From Planktothrix sp. GU0601_MAG3 (GTDB taxonomy: Bacteria > Cyanobacteriota > Cyanobacteriia > Cyanobacteriales > Microcoleaceae): a DNA stretch of 64,000 nt. The notes under the pieces were generated by a model, which ran no database searches, was not told the DNA's origin, and was given only the letters and a program-made list of their open reading frames with translations. Made by a program: the position numbers and the translations under genes. Positions 36,099 to 45,302 of the stretch are shown in pieces (position 1 is the stretch's first letter; every line of letters begins with the position of its first letter). Where the stretch lies: the NCBI GenBank assembly GCA_035193785.1, contig CP136572.1, positions 2,452,578 through 2,516,577 on the forward strand, read 5' to 3'.

Positions 36099-36374
36099 AG
36101 GTTTTCCTTTGTACAAAATCTCCTATCCAAAGACTTGAATGTAAATCCGTCGAAAATTTGTCCGACCGACTACATTTGTCCTTAACATACTCAGCTATTT
36201 TGTTTTGTGTTAGGACAGTGGGCCAAACAACAAGACTAAGCTTTTCTGATTATTTCTATGCTAACCCGAACTAGAATTTCTTCAATAAATTGCTCAGACG
36301 CAAAACCAACGCCATAGCGAATGCAACGGCGTTGGAAATTTCACACAATCAAATAATTTCTCAGGGTGAAGGGA

Positions 36375-36674
36375 TCAGCTACTACCTGTGAAGATAACTT
36401 CAGGAAATTTGGATTGAGCTTCGCTGATGGGGCGATTTCTGCCTTCTTCTTGCCAATAATTGATCACTTCGGTTGCTTTATTCAGCAGTTCAACTTGATC
36501 AGGTTCAGAAATCCAATGTTTGGACTCCATTTCCGTTTTCAGTTGTTCCCAAGCATCGTTGCGGGGCCAGAAAAAGTAGGAGGTTAAAGGACTTGTCCCC
36601 TTACCCACCACTTGATCCACCGCCAGGGCTACATTCTCATCTAGCCACAGAACTTTTAATACAAACCTTGACAA
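36375..36674 (-). CDS. ycf65: Ribosomal protein PSRP-3/Ycf65
   Basis: [24 protein letters not shown]. Confidence 0.92.
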   Translation of the reverse strand: MSRFVLKVLWLDENVALAVDQVVGKGTSPLTSYFFWPRNDAWEQLKTEMESKHWISEPDQVELLNKATEVINYWQEEGRNRPISEAQSKFPEVIFTGSS

Positions 36675-36847
36675 TTACACCTCCGCTGTCTATCCCAGGC
36701 TGAAAAAAAATATTACAATCCCCTATAGTATCAGATCTTTCACCGAATTTTTCATAACTTGTTAACGGAATTACTTTGAATCGAGATTTGCGTCGGTGTA
36801 GCCTTGGGGTGTAGCCTGGAGCATGGGATAACCAGGTTAACTTATTT

Positions 36848-37636
36848 ATGCTCAAAACTGCTATCGTCGTTTTTGATATTGATGGAGTAATTCGGGACGT
36901 CGGGGGTTCCTATCGGCGGGCGATCGCAGACACCGTAGAACAGTTTACCAGTTCCTACCGTCCCAGCCTCACCGATATTGATGATCTCAAATCCGAAGGA
37001 ATTTGGAATAACGACTGGGAAGCCTCCCAAGAATTAGTCTATCGTTACTGGGAAGCCCAGGGACAAACCCGCTCCCAGATTTCCCTCAACTATCAACACC
37101 TGGTCGATTTTTTCCAGTCCCGCTATCGTGGCCCAAATCCCGAACCCTGGACAGGTTATATTACCTCCGAGCCCCTACTGTGCACCCCTAAATACTTTCA
37201 AGACTTGACGGAAAATAATATTTCTTGGGGTTTCTTTAGCGGGGCGATGCGGGACGAAGCCCTCTATGTTTTGCAGGGTAAACTAAATTTAGGTGTTCCC
37301 GTATTAAGGGCGATGGAAGACGTCCCGGGAAAACCTGACCCGACGGGACTATTGGAAGTGATCGCCGAATTAGAAACCACAGAAAATCCACCAACTCCGG
37401 TTTTTTATGTTGGGGATACGGTAGCCGATTTATACACAGTAACAAAAGCCAAACAACTCCAACCTGATCGCCTTTGGGTCGGTGTGGGAGTGCTTCCGCC
37501 CCATATTCAACAGGCTGATCCAGAACGTCGTCAAGCCTATCAACATAACTTAGAAACCGCCGGAGCAACAACAGTATTAAGTCATTTAGAGGCCCTAACC
37601 CCAACAAAAATTCAGGAATTAATACTGTATAAATAA
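36848..37636 (+). CDS. HAD-superfamily hydrolase (TIGR01548-like)
   Basis: FDIDGVIRDV, KSEGIWNNDW, KPDP, YVGDTVAD. Confidence 0.88.
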   Translation: MLKTAIVVFDIDGVIRDVGGSYRRAIADTVEQFTSSYRPSLTDIDDLKSEGIWNNDWEASQELVYRYWEAQGQTRSQISLNYQHLVDFFQSRYRGPNPEPWTGYITSEPLLCTPKYFQDLTENNISWGFFSGAMRDEALYVLQGKLNLGVPVLRAMEDVPGKPDPTGLLEVIAELETTENPPTPVFYVGDTVADLYTVTKAKQLQPDRLWVGVGVLPPHIQQADPERRQAYQHNLETAGATTVLSHLEALTPTKIQELILYK

Positions 37637-37671
37637 TCCCGTTGTTGCGCTTGGGCGCAATCTTATTCAAT

Positions 37672-38934
37672 ATGGAAAATGCGGTTGATATTTTAATCCT
37701 TTCTAATGGCCCCGGTGAAATCACAACTTGGGTATGTCCGGTTGTTCAAGCATTACGACAACAGCTACAAAATCAACCTTTTCAAATTAGAATTTCCCTA
37801 ATATTATCTCCTTGTCCCAATGCTACCGGAAACGAAGTTAATATTGCTCGTTCTTACCCGGAAATTGATCGAGTTCAAGGAGCAGAATATTTTTGGCAAT
37901 TTTTGTTATTAGGAAAAACCGCCGAACATTGGGACTGGTATAAACAAGGCGTAGTTTTATTTTTAGGAGGAGATCAATTTTTTACCCTGATTATTAGTAA
38001 AAAGTTGGGATATCGCAGCGTTATTTATGCCGAATGGGAGGCGCGTTGGTGGCGTTATATTGATCGATTTGGGGTAATGAAACCGGAGATTTTAGCTAAT
38101 ATTCCCCAACCCTATCAAGCCAAATTAGAAGCGATCGGGGATTTAATGGCCGATGTGACTATATCGAATTCTTCTACTATTATTTCCGATGATATTATAA
38201 TTGGATTATTACCCGGTTCTAAAGCCTCAAAATTAACCCAAGGAATGGCATTAGCCTTAGCAATATCTGAATATTTATATCAAAAACGTCCTAAAATTAG
38301 ATTAGTTATTCCCGTTGCGCCTACCTTAGATTTACAAACCTTAGCCAAATTTGCCGATGCCGAATCCAATCCTATTATAGCACAATTTGGAGGAATTTCG
38401 GGAAAATTACACTTAGGAAATCCGGCTTATTTAGAAACTAAAAATGGAGTTAAAATAGAACTTTATACCCAATTTCCGGCTTATGATTTACTCTCAAAGT
38501 GTCAGATATGTTTAACCACAGTGGGAGCAAATACCGCTCAATTAGGCGCGTTAGCTGTACCGATGATTGTGTTATTACCCACTCAACAATTAGATGCAAT
38601 GCGGTCTTGGGATGGTATCCCCGGAATTTTAGCCAATTTACCGGGGTTGGGTGCTATTTTTGCTAAAATTATTAATAGATTAGTATTAAAACAGGGTAAA
38701 CTATTTGCTTGGCCGAATATTTGGGCGAAACAGGAAATTGTTCCCGAATTAGTTGGAGAATTAAAAGCCGAAGATATCGGAAATTTAGTCTTAAATTATT
38801 TAGACCATCCCGAACAATTAGAAGCAATGCGTCAGCGTTTACGAGAAGTTAGAGGAAAACCAGGAGCCGCTCAAAAATTAGCAAATATTGTGATTAAGGA
38901 ATGCTTAAAACTCACAACCTATTTTAATAATTAA
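37672..38934 (+). CDS. Lipid-A-disaccharide synthase-related glycosyltransferase
   Basis: ILILSNGPGE, LLPGSK, TTVGANTA, FAWPNIWA. Confidence 0.8.
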   Translation: MENAVDILILSNGPGEITTWVCPVVQALRQQLQNQPFQIRISLILSPCPNATGNEVNIARSYPEIDRVQGAEYFWQFLLLGKTAEHWDWYKQGVVLFLGGDQFFTLIISKKLGYRSVIYAEWEARWWRYIDRFGVMKPEILANIPQPYQAKLEAIGDLMADVTISNSSTIISDDIIIGLLPGSKASKLTQGMALALAISEYLYQKRPKIRLVIPVAPTLDLQTLAKFADAESNPIIAQFGGISGKLHLGNPAYLETKNGVKIELYTQFPAYDLLSKCQICLTTVGANTAQLGALAVPMIVLLPTQQLDAMRSWDGIPGILANLPGLGAIFAKIINRLVLKQGKLFAWPNIWAKQEIVPELVGELKAEDIGNLVLNYLDHPEQLEAMRQRLREVRGKPGAAQKLANIVIKECLKLTTYFNN

Positions 38935-38981
38935 AATTATGACTTCCGAGATGGTAAAGTTTAGGAAATTTTAAGTTATGT

Positions 38982-39303
38982 TTATTTTCGATTCTGAGCT
39001 TTTTCATAAGCAGGATCATGTTCAGCAAAACTGAGAAGAAACTACTCGCTTCGGGGAAGGATTTTCATAAATGCGATAAACTAGACGATAAGAAACTCCA
39101 TTCCAATCTATTTCCAGAGCGCGACATCCCTTTAGTTTTCCGATTAAATTATGACTAGAAATACCTAGAGTTTGATAGGGATCTAAAGCGAGGATTTTTT
39201 GGTATTTTTGCCAGTTATTCTGAAGTTGTAACGGTAATCGAGAAATATCATCCTGTACTTCTTTAACCATTTGCACAAGATAAGAATTTTTAGCTTTGCC
39301 CAT
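38982..39303 (-). CDS. RelE/ParE-like toxin (split by +1 at GAAAC 39038-39042)
   Basis: SHNLIGKLKGCRALEI...YRLVYRI; repair gives RVVLLSFAEHDPAYEKAQNRK*. Confidence 0.7.
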
Positions 39304-39550
39304 TATTAACCCACTGTTTTAATTCATCTTCATCAATTTCTGAGTTGGCTTCTATTATAGTTATCAATTGGCTAGGATTTTCTAACTGTGGCAATCTTTC
39401 CATAGCTAAAGTTTCGGCTGACCAAGTTTGAGAGTTATCTTCTAAGATAATAATTACCTCAACCTTTGCTCCTTGGGGAAATTGGGGAGTTTTAATAGTG
39501 ACTGTGCCATCAGACTGAACAAAAGTAGTTTGACGAATTGCCTGAGCCAT
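39290..39550 (-). CDS. Putative antitoxin
   Basis: Small acidic ORF overlapping the toxin start; VQSDGTVTI..P..PQGAKVEVII. Confidence 0.6.
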   Translation of the reverse strand: MAQAIRQTTFVQSDGTVTIKTPQFPQGAKVEVIIILEDNSQTWSAETLAMERLPQLENPSQLITIIEANSEIDEDELKQWVNNGQS

Positions 39551-39733
39551 GTTTAGGATTTTTATAGCGAAATAAATAATTAGTAGGATCAGTTATAACA
39601 TAAAGTAAACTACTCCGTTGGGGCGCACCATTGCGGTCGCTTTGACGGTCACGGGTAAGGGAGTAAAAGCAAATACGGTGAAAGCGATCGCTACTTTCCC
39701 GATGTGCTAATCCGATGGGTATACCTGATTCCA

Positions 39734-40663
39734 TTAATATCCTTGGGATAGATCAATAGCATTATTTAATATTAATCCCTCTTGACTATTTTGGATAGCT
39801 GTAATAATTTGGGGTGCGACGGAAGCGGGAATAGTTTGAGCCGCAATATGAGGAGTGATAATAATTTGGGGATGTGTCCAAAAAGGGTGATTTTTGGGTA
39901 AAGGTTCGATTTGAAACACATCTAAACAGGCGCCGGAAAGTTGACCGGATGTTAAGGCAGTTAATAGGTCTTCCTCAACTAAATGTTTCCCCCTGGCGAC
40001 ATTAATTAAATAAGCTCCTTGGGGTAAAGCCGCAAAGGTGTTTTGATTTAAAATTCCTGCGGTTTCTGGTGTTAAAGGTAATAAACAAACTAAAACCGAA
40101 CATTCACTTAAAAATAGATTTAATTGTGCTTCTCCCGAAAAACAATTAATATTATCTAAAATTTTAGGTGTCCGACTCCAACCTCGCACCGAAAACCCCA
40201 ATAGATTTAATTTTTGAGCAATATCTGAACCCAAAACCCCTAACCCTAAAATTCCTACGGTACAATTTGCCGTATTTCTAGGAGATAAACCCCGCCATAA
40301 CTGTTGATTTTGCTGAATTTTATACCGCGTAAATTGACGATGAAACTGTAAAATTGCTGATAGAATATATTCCGACATTTGGCAGGTTAAAGATTCATCT
40401 ACTAACCGGACAATGGGAATATGAGCAGGTAAATTCGGATCTCGTAAAATATGATCCACACCCGCCCCCGCAGAGATAATTACCTTTAAATTAGGGAATT
40501 TTTGAATAACTCCCAATGGGTGCATCCAAACTAAAACCGCGTCAATATCTGCTAAATTATCAACATCGGGATAAACTGCAATTTTTAAATCGGGTTGATG
40601 AGTTTTGATAGCCGAAATCCAAACTTGAGTATCTTCAAATTCCCCTAATAATAAAAGAGTCAT
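39734..40663 (-). CDS. ghrA: Glyoxylate/hydroxypyruvate reductase A (2-hydroxyacid dehydrogenase)
   Basis: GAGVD, GLGVLG, INVARG, LDVF..EPL, TPHIA. Confidence 0.85.
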   Translation of the reverse strand: MTLLLLGEFEDTQVWISAIKTHQPDLKIAVYPDVDNLADIDAVLVWMHPLGVIQKFPNLKVIISAGAGVDHILRDPNLPAHIPIVRLVDESLTCQMSEYILSAILQFHRQFTRYKIQQNQQLWRGLSPRNTANCTVGILGLGVLGSDIAQKLNLLGFSVRGWSRTPKILDNINCFSGEAQLNLFLSECSVLVCLLPLTPETAGILNQNTFAALPQGAYLINVARGKHLVEEDLLTALTSGQLSGACLDVFQIEPLPKNHPFWTHPQIIITPHIAAQTIPASVAPQIITAIQNSQEGLILNNAIDLSQGY

Positions 40664-40673
40664 TTTTTTAGCC

Positions 40674-41294
40674 CTAAATAGTTATTAACCATTTTTGAAA
40701 CTCACGACGAACAGAAGTTCGACCCGATTTAATATTATCTTTAATAATTTGGGGTAAACTTTCTAAGGCTATTTCAGGAAAAACTAAACTTCTAGGTGTG
40801 GGTTGATAATCTCCACCCTGTAACTGATAAATTTTCAGTTTATTTTGATCACAACGCCAAACTTCGGGAATGCCTAAACGAGCATAAATTGAACGTCTGG
40901 AGAGAGATTTTTGGGTTAAATCAATTTCTAATACCAAATCCGGGGGAGGATTTTCGGGTAAACTAATAGTTAATTGTTTTTCAATAGCAGATAGGTTTTG
41001 AATATAAAAACAACTATCCACTTCTAAACTAATTTTTAAATCCGGTCGTTGCCATAAAGCCGAACCCAAACAACGATAATTAATGTTTTGTAAATCCAAT
41101 AAGGCAATCATAAATTCTTCTAAAATTTCTCGATACTCCTGATGTTCCGGTGAAGGAGTAATCAATTCTAAAGTTCCATTATCATAAGCTAAGAGAGTCC
41201 CGCCATTTTTTTGCCGTTTAAACAGAATAGTTTCTAAATCCTGCCAGGGGATATTGTCAAGGAGGATATTACCAGGATGGGGAGATTTATACAT
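40674..41294 (-). CDS. Uma2-family putative endonuclease
   Basis: YDNGTLELITPS.EH, E.DSCFYIQN, PPPDLVLEID, LGIPEVWR. Confidence 0.88.
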   Translation of the reverse strand: MYKSPHPGNILLDNIPWQDLETILFKRQKNGGTLLAYDNGTLELITPSPEHQEYREILEEFMIALLDLQNINYRCLGSALWQRPDLKISLEVDSCFYIQNLSAIEKQLTISLPENPPPDLVLEIDLTQKSLSRRSIYARLGIPEVWRCDQNKLKIYQLQGGDYQPTPRSLVFPEIALESLPQIIKDNIKSGRTSVRREFQKWLITI

Positions 41295-41395
41295 TGTAGC
41301 AATGGGAAAACTATAGAATAATTTATGTGATTTTATCCGATCTTGGTACACCAATATAGACCAGAATGATCTAAAATGGGGTAATCAATATTTAT

Positions 41396-41442
41396 AGGAC
41401 TTACGCAGAAACCCGGTTTCTTTGGTCTTGTGCGTAAGTCCT
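41396..41442. mobile_element. Short MITE-like element, same TIR as 29633
   Basis: AGGACTTACGCA-GAAACCCGGTTTC-...TGCGTAAGTCCT. Confidence 0.65.
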
Positions 41443-41489
41443 GATTTAATTATTTTACTAAATTGTCCCATTTTAGGAGAATTTGACCT

Positions 41490-41812
41490 ATGCCCAGAGG
41501 GTCTTTTGCAGAACTCAACAGCACGACGACAACCCAAATTACTTTCTATTATGATGATGGCCATGAGGAGGCTTTTAGCGTTCCGATTCCGCCTGTGGAA
41601 TTCGTCCAGCAACTACCCCAACTTTTAGATCAATCATGGCTGACCTTTCACCTAGTTGATCAAACGGTGATGGTTAATATGGCTAAGGTGGAAAAATTGG
41701 AGTTAAAACCGCCAGTATACCCGAGTTACAAGGACAGGGAGCTTTCTTAAATTGTCAACGGGTAACTGCCCTGCATCGGGGTGCGGTCGGTCGTTTAAAA
41801 ATGAATGAGTAA
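41490..41812 (+). CDS. Conserved hypothetical protein, frameshifted near 41718 (apparent TA duplication)
   Basis: Removing TA from CCAGTATACCC gives PPVPELQGQGAFLNCQRVTALHRGA...*. Confidence 0.6.
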
Positions 41813-41845
41813 AGTTATTAAATAACCCATAAAATTTGGTGATTT

Positions 41846-42805
41846 ATGTCAACTGTGTCTTTAATTCGGACTGATTCTTATAACCCTCAAGTATTAGAAA
41901 AATCCCTGGAAACTTTACTCGCACCCATGGGAGGAATGACCGCTTTTGTCAAACCGGGCGATCGCGTTTTACTCAAACCGAATTTATTAACAGGAAGTCG
42001 TCCCACCAAAGAATGTGTTACTCGCCCGGAGTTGGTCGCAGCCGTGGCTAAACTGGTAATTCAGGCGGGAGGAAAACCCTTTTTAGGAGATAGTCCCGCC
42101 TTTGGTAGTGCTTTAGGTGTCGCCCGGAAAAATGGTTATTTACCCTTAATTGAATCCTTGAATTTACCAATAGTTGAATTTAAGGGAAAACGCTATGAAA
42201 CCGTCGGGGAAGGGTTCGATCATTTACGGTTAAGTAAAGAAGCGATGGAAGCTGACGTGGTGATTAATTTACCTAAATTAAAATCCCATGTTCAATTAAC
42301 CCTAACCATGGGAGTTAAAAATCTTTTTGGTTGTGTCCCTGGAAAAATGAAAGCCTGGTGGCATTTAGAAGCGGGAAAAGATGTCGATCGGTTTGGGGAA
42401 ATGTTAGTAGAAACTGCCCGGGCAATTAATCCCAATTTAACCATTTTGGATGCAATTATCGGCCATGAAGGTAATGGCCCCAGTAGTGGAGAACCCAAGG
42501 AATTAGGGATTTTAGCTGCTGCTGATCATGTATTTTCTTTAGATAGAACCATTGTTGATATTCTTCAGGTTGATCCGACTTGGGTTCCAACTATTATGGC
42601 GGCTGAACGCTTAGGATTATGTCCCGAATTAACGGAGATTAATTATCCTTTATTAACCCCTAAAGAATTACAGGTTTCCGACTGGAAATTACCCGCAGCC
42701 TTAGTTCCCATTGATTTTGGTTTACCTCGGGTTTTAAAGTCTAGTTTTCGACACTTTTATATTCGTTGGATTAAAGAACCTATGGAAACCTATACTAACC
42801 GTTAG
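41846..42805 (+). CDS. DUF362 domain protein
   Basis: VLLKPNLL, INLPKLKSH, GVKNLFG, GHEGNGP. Confidence 0.85.
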   Translation: MSTVSLIRTDSYNPQVLEKSLETLLAPMGGMTAFVKPGDRVLLKPNLLTGSRPTKECVTRPELVAAVAKLVIQAGGKPFLGDSPAFGSALGVARKNGYLPLIESLNLPIVEFKGKRYETVGEGFDHLRLSKEAMEADVVINLPKLKSHVQLTLTMGVKNLFGCVPGKMKAWWHLEAGKDVDRFGEMLVETARAINPNLTILDAIIGHEGNGPSSGEPKELGILAAADHVFSLDRTIVDILQVDPTWVPTIMAAERLGLCPELTEINYPLLTPKELQVSDWKLPAALVPIDFGLPRVLKSSFRHFYIRWIKEPMETYTNR

Positions 42806-42845
42806 AAGTGGGATTTTAACAAGTTCTTTTATCAGTCTTTGAGGT

Positions 42846-43814
42846 TTATTTTAACAGTTCTAGGGCTTGATTAATTCCGGCTCTAACTGACGTGCTACAC
42901 TCCATCAAAGCCTGATATTCAGATTCAGTTAAATCTAGTTCTAAAATCCGTTCTACTCCCCGACAACCTAACCAGGCGGGAACCCCCAGAAAAATATCCT
43001 TTAAGCCATATTCTCCTTGTAAATAGGAACAGGTGGGTAATAATCTTGATTGTTGACGCAAGATAGATTCCACCATAATTCTAATCGAAGAAGCGGGGGC
43101 AAAATAAGCTCCTCCTGTCTTTAATAATTGTACAATTTCCCCTCCACCTTGACGGGTACGTTCGACAATTTTATCAATGGTTTTTCGATCAATTAATTCT
43201 GTAATCGGAATCCCATTAACGGTGGTGTAACGGGGTAAGGGAACCATTAAATCCCCATGACTTCCTAATACGGTGGCGTGAATATTCGCCATAGACATTC
43301 CTAATTCCATGCCAATAAATGCTTGAAATCTCGATGAATCTAAAACCCCAGCCATACCCATAACGCGATGGGGTTCAATTTTTGTTGCTTGCCAAGCAAT
43401 ATAAGTCATTACATCTAAGGGATTAGTCACAATAATAAATACTGCATCGGGGGAATATTGAAGGGATTTTTGAGCCGCATCGACAACAATTTTGGCATTA
43501 ATACTAATTAAATCATCCCGCTTCATCCCAGGAATCCGAGGCTTTCCGGCCGTTATGACAATAATATCTGAATTAGCAGTATCGGCATAATTATTTGTAC
43601 CCGTTATTTGTCGGTCATGGCCTTCCACCGAACCAGCTTGCATTAAATCTAAAGCAATTCCTTGGGGCACTCCTTCTAAAACATCCAATAAAATAACATT
43701 GGCAATATTTTGTTCAATAATACGCTGGGCGAGGGTACTCCCGACTTTCCCTGCCCCAATAATAGAAACCCTGGTGGAATGGCAAGATGGAGGGAAGAAT
43801 GGAATCGATAACAT
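42846..43814 (-). CDS. mdh: Malate dehydrogenase
   Basis: IIGAGKVG, TAGKPRIPGMKRDDL, VTNPLD, GVLDSSRF, LGSHGD. Confidence 0.92.
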   Translation of the reverse strand: MLSIPFFPPSCHSTRVSIIGAGKVGSTLAQRIIEQNIANVILLDVLEGVPQGIALDLMQAGSVEGHDRQITGTNNYADTANSDIIVITAGKPRIPGMKRDDLISINAKIVVDAAQKSLQYSPDAVFIIVTNPLDVMTYIAWQATKIEPHRVMGMAGVLDSSRFQAFIGMELGMSMANIHATVLGSHGDLMVPLPRYTTVNGIPITELIDRKTIDKIVERTRQGGGEIVQLLKTGGAYFAPASSIRIMVESILRQQSRLLPTCSYLQGEYGLKDIFLGVPAWLGCRGVERILELDLTESEYQALMECSTSVRAGINQALELLK

Positions 43815-43885
43815 AATAGATAATGGGTAATATAGCAATCCGCACCTTCGAGACGAAGGTTGTAATATCTTATCGTAGGGGTTGG

Positions 43886-43948
43886 TGTCGAGTGTCAAAT
43901 TATTTGTCCGTGGTGACAGATCGTTATCCGTATTGACAAATTAATGTC
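43886..43948 (+). other. CAST left end with TnsB-binding sites
   Basis: TGTCGAGTGTCAAATTATTTGTC-CGTG-GTGACAGATCGTTATC-CGTA-TTGACAAATTAATGTC. Confidence 0.85.
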
Positions 43949-43960
43949 ATTATGTTAAGG

Positions 43961-43990
43961 GGACACAACTGGACTCGCTTTCAACCCCAC
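43961..43990 (-). CRISPR. Delocalized homing crRNA: truncated V-K repeat + 17-nt tRNA-like spacer
   Basis: Minus strand GTGGGGTTGAAAG followed by CGAGTCCAGTTGTGTCC. Confidence 0.8.
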
Positions 43991-44053
43991 ATTCTTAATT
44001 TTAAAGGGATAAGCTGCGTAGAACCTTAGTAGTGGTAACGCTCCTATCGACTC

Positions 44054-44290
44054 TAACTCTCTTGCCTTTTCCTGGGGACTACCTCGAACTGGTTGCTGTC
44101 CCTCTTCGATCACAATTCCAATTTTTGCAGCTTGACTGTTGATATATTCTATTAATCTGCCGTAGCTCCACTGATGAATGCTAATGCGGTAATGTTTAGT
44201 GTAGTTTCGCCGTTTTTCCTCTCGCTGGCGGTTGAGTAAGTGGTAATTTTTACCGAGTAGCTGTTTGACGCTGCGGTAAGTTAGGGGTTT
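44054..44290 (-). pseudogene. cas12k: cas12k C-terminal remnant with internal deletion (absent from ORF track)
   Basis: KPLTYRSVKQLLGKNYHLLNRQREEKRR|NYTKHYRISIHQWSYGRLIEYINSQAAKIGIVIEEGQQPVRGSPQEKAREL. Confidence 0.9.
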
Positions 44291-45302
44291 AGGGTTGTTG
44301 GCTGCCGCTGATTATAGAAATTACATCTAATTCTGGTATTGAAAAGCGTCTGCACTCGGCAACGCTGATGGTATAACGAACATCGCCAACGCCATTTCGG
44401 ATATCGGCTTCAATAATTCTGGGAAAATCTCCCTTTACTTTGAAATAGTTAACTTCTCGTGGGGTATAGCCAATTTGTTCATAGTAGGGAATATGTATAT
44501 CCAGATAGCCAACTTCAAAAAGGAGTATTTCTAATTCTTCCTTTGCTATAGGGTCGTTTTCGAGAAGTGATCTAAGACTGGCGACAATATCCGGTAGAGA
44601 TTCACCTCGTTCTTGTCTAGCATCAAGGGATAGGTGCAGTAAAATCAGTGTGCCAGTGCCAGTATCATCTAGTTGCCGTTCGCTGGAGATCGCTAGTTTC
44701 TGATGCTGTTTAGCTGTAGTAGTTTTGACTTCAACAGCACAGTGTTGAAACTGAAAATCCTGTTGAGTTCCTTTTGCACCTGTCCAGGATTGGACTCCTT
44801 GGCGAGAGCCAAGTTGAGGAATGACAATCTGCCGCAGAAACCAGAGTTCACCATATAATCCTTGCTGTTCCGCTTGGCTCAGTCCTTCGGCATTATGTTT
44901 TTCTAAGAATGCTTGCCAGCGCCGCAAACGGGTGAAAAATGCGGTTACAGCGTTTTGTTCGTCTGCAATCGGGGCAATTGCATCAACAATGTCTTGTACT
45001 AATGTTGTAAAGATATCGCTGTAACGCGAGTTAATAAGTACAAGTTGTAGGGTGACATAGGCATCATCATCACCTTGCAGGGCTACACGCTTAACTTCAA
45101 AGCAGTTGGAATTAGGAAAAACAACACCTTTTCCGATTGATTTTGGCTTCACCCGCATCATCAGCAAACGTGCATTAGAAGGTCTTTCAATAGCGAGATA
45201 AACATCGTATATCACTTCTGGCAATAGGCGGCGGGTGATATAGCCAGAAGTTACATTTGCAGTATCTTCCTCCAGTAGTTTCCAGGTATTTTGCACTATC
45301 AT
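44289..45302 (-). CDS. PD-(D/E)XK motif protein (DUF4420-like)
   Basis: QQGLYGELWFL, WTG....QQDF....AVEVKTT, ISSERQL, FPRI. Confidence 0.85.
   Translation of the reverse strand: MIVQNTWKLLEEDTANVTSGYITRRLLPEVIYDVYLAIERPSNARLLMMRVKPKSIGKGVVFPNSNCFEVKRVALQGDDDAYVTLQLVLINSRYSDIFTTLVQDIVDAIAPIADEQNAVTAFFTRLRRWQAFLEKHNAEGLSQAEQQGLYGELWFLRQIVIPQLGSRQGVQSWTGAKGTQQDFQFQHCAVEVKTTTAKQHQKLAISSERQLDDTGTGTLILLHLSLDARQERGESLPDIVASLRSLLENDPIAKEELEILLFEVGYLDIHIPYYEQIGYTPREVNYFKVKGDFPRIIEADIRNGVGDVRYTISVAECRRFSIPELDVISIISGSQQP

Noticed and set aside
41712..41725. Another GAAC-type frameshift
   Set aside because: It needs a 2-nt (TA) removal at GTATAC, so it is the one exception among otherwise intact genes and was not counted.
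43815..43885. tRNA gene as CAST target site
   Set aside because: No cloverleaf or T-loop; only a small hairpin CCTTCGAGACGAAGG.
43991..44053. tracrRNA / main V-K array
   Set aside because: Only ~60 bp remain, with no full repeats and no room for a tracrRNA.
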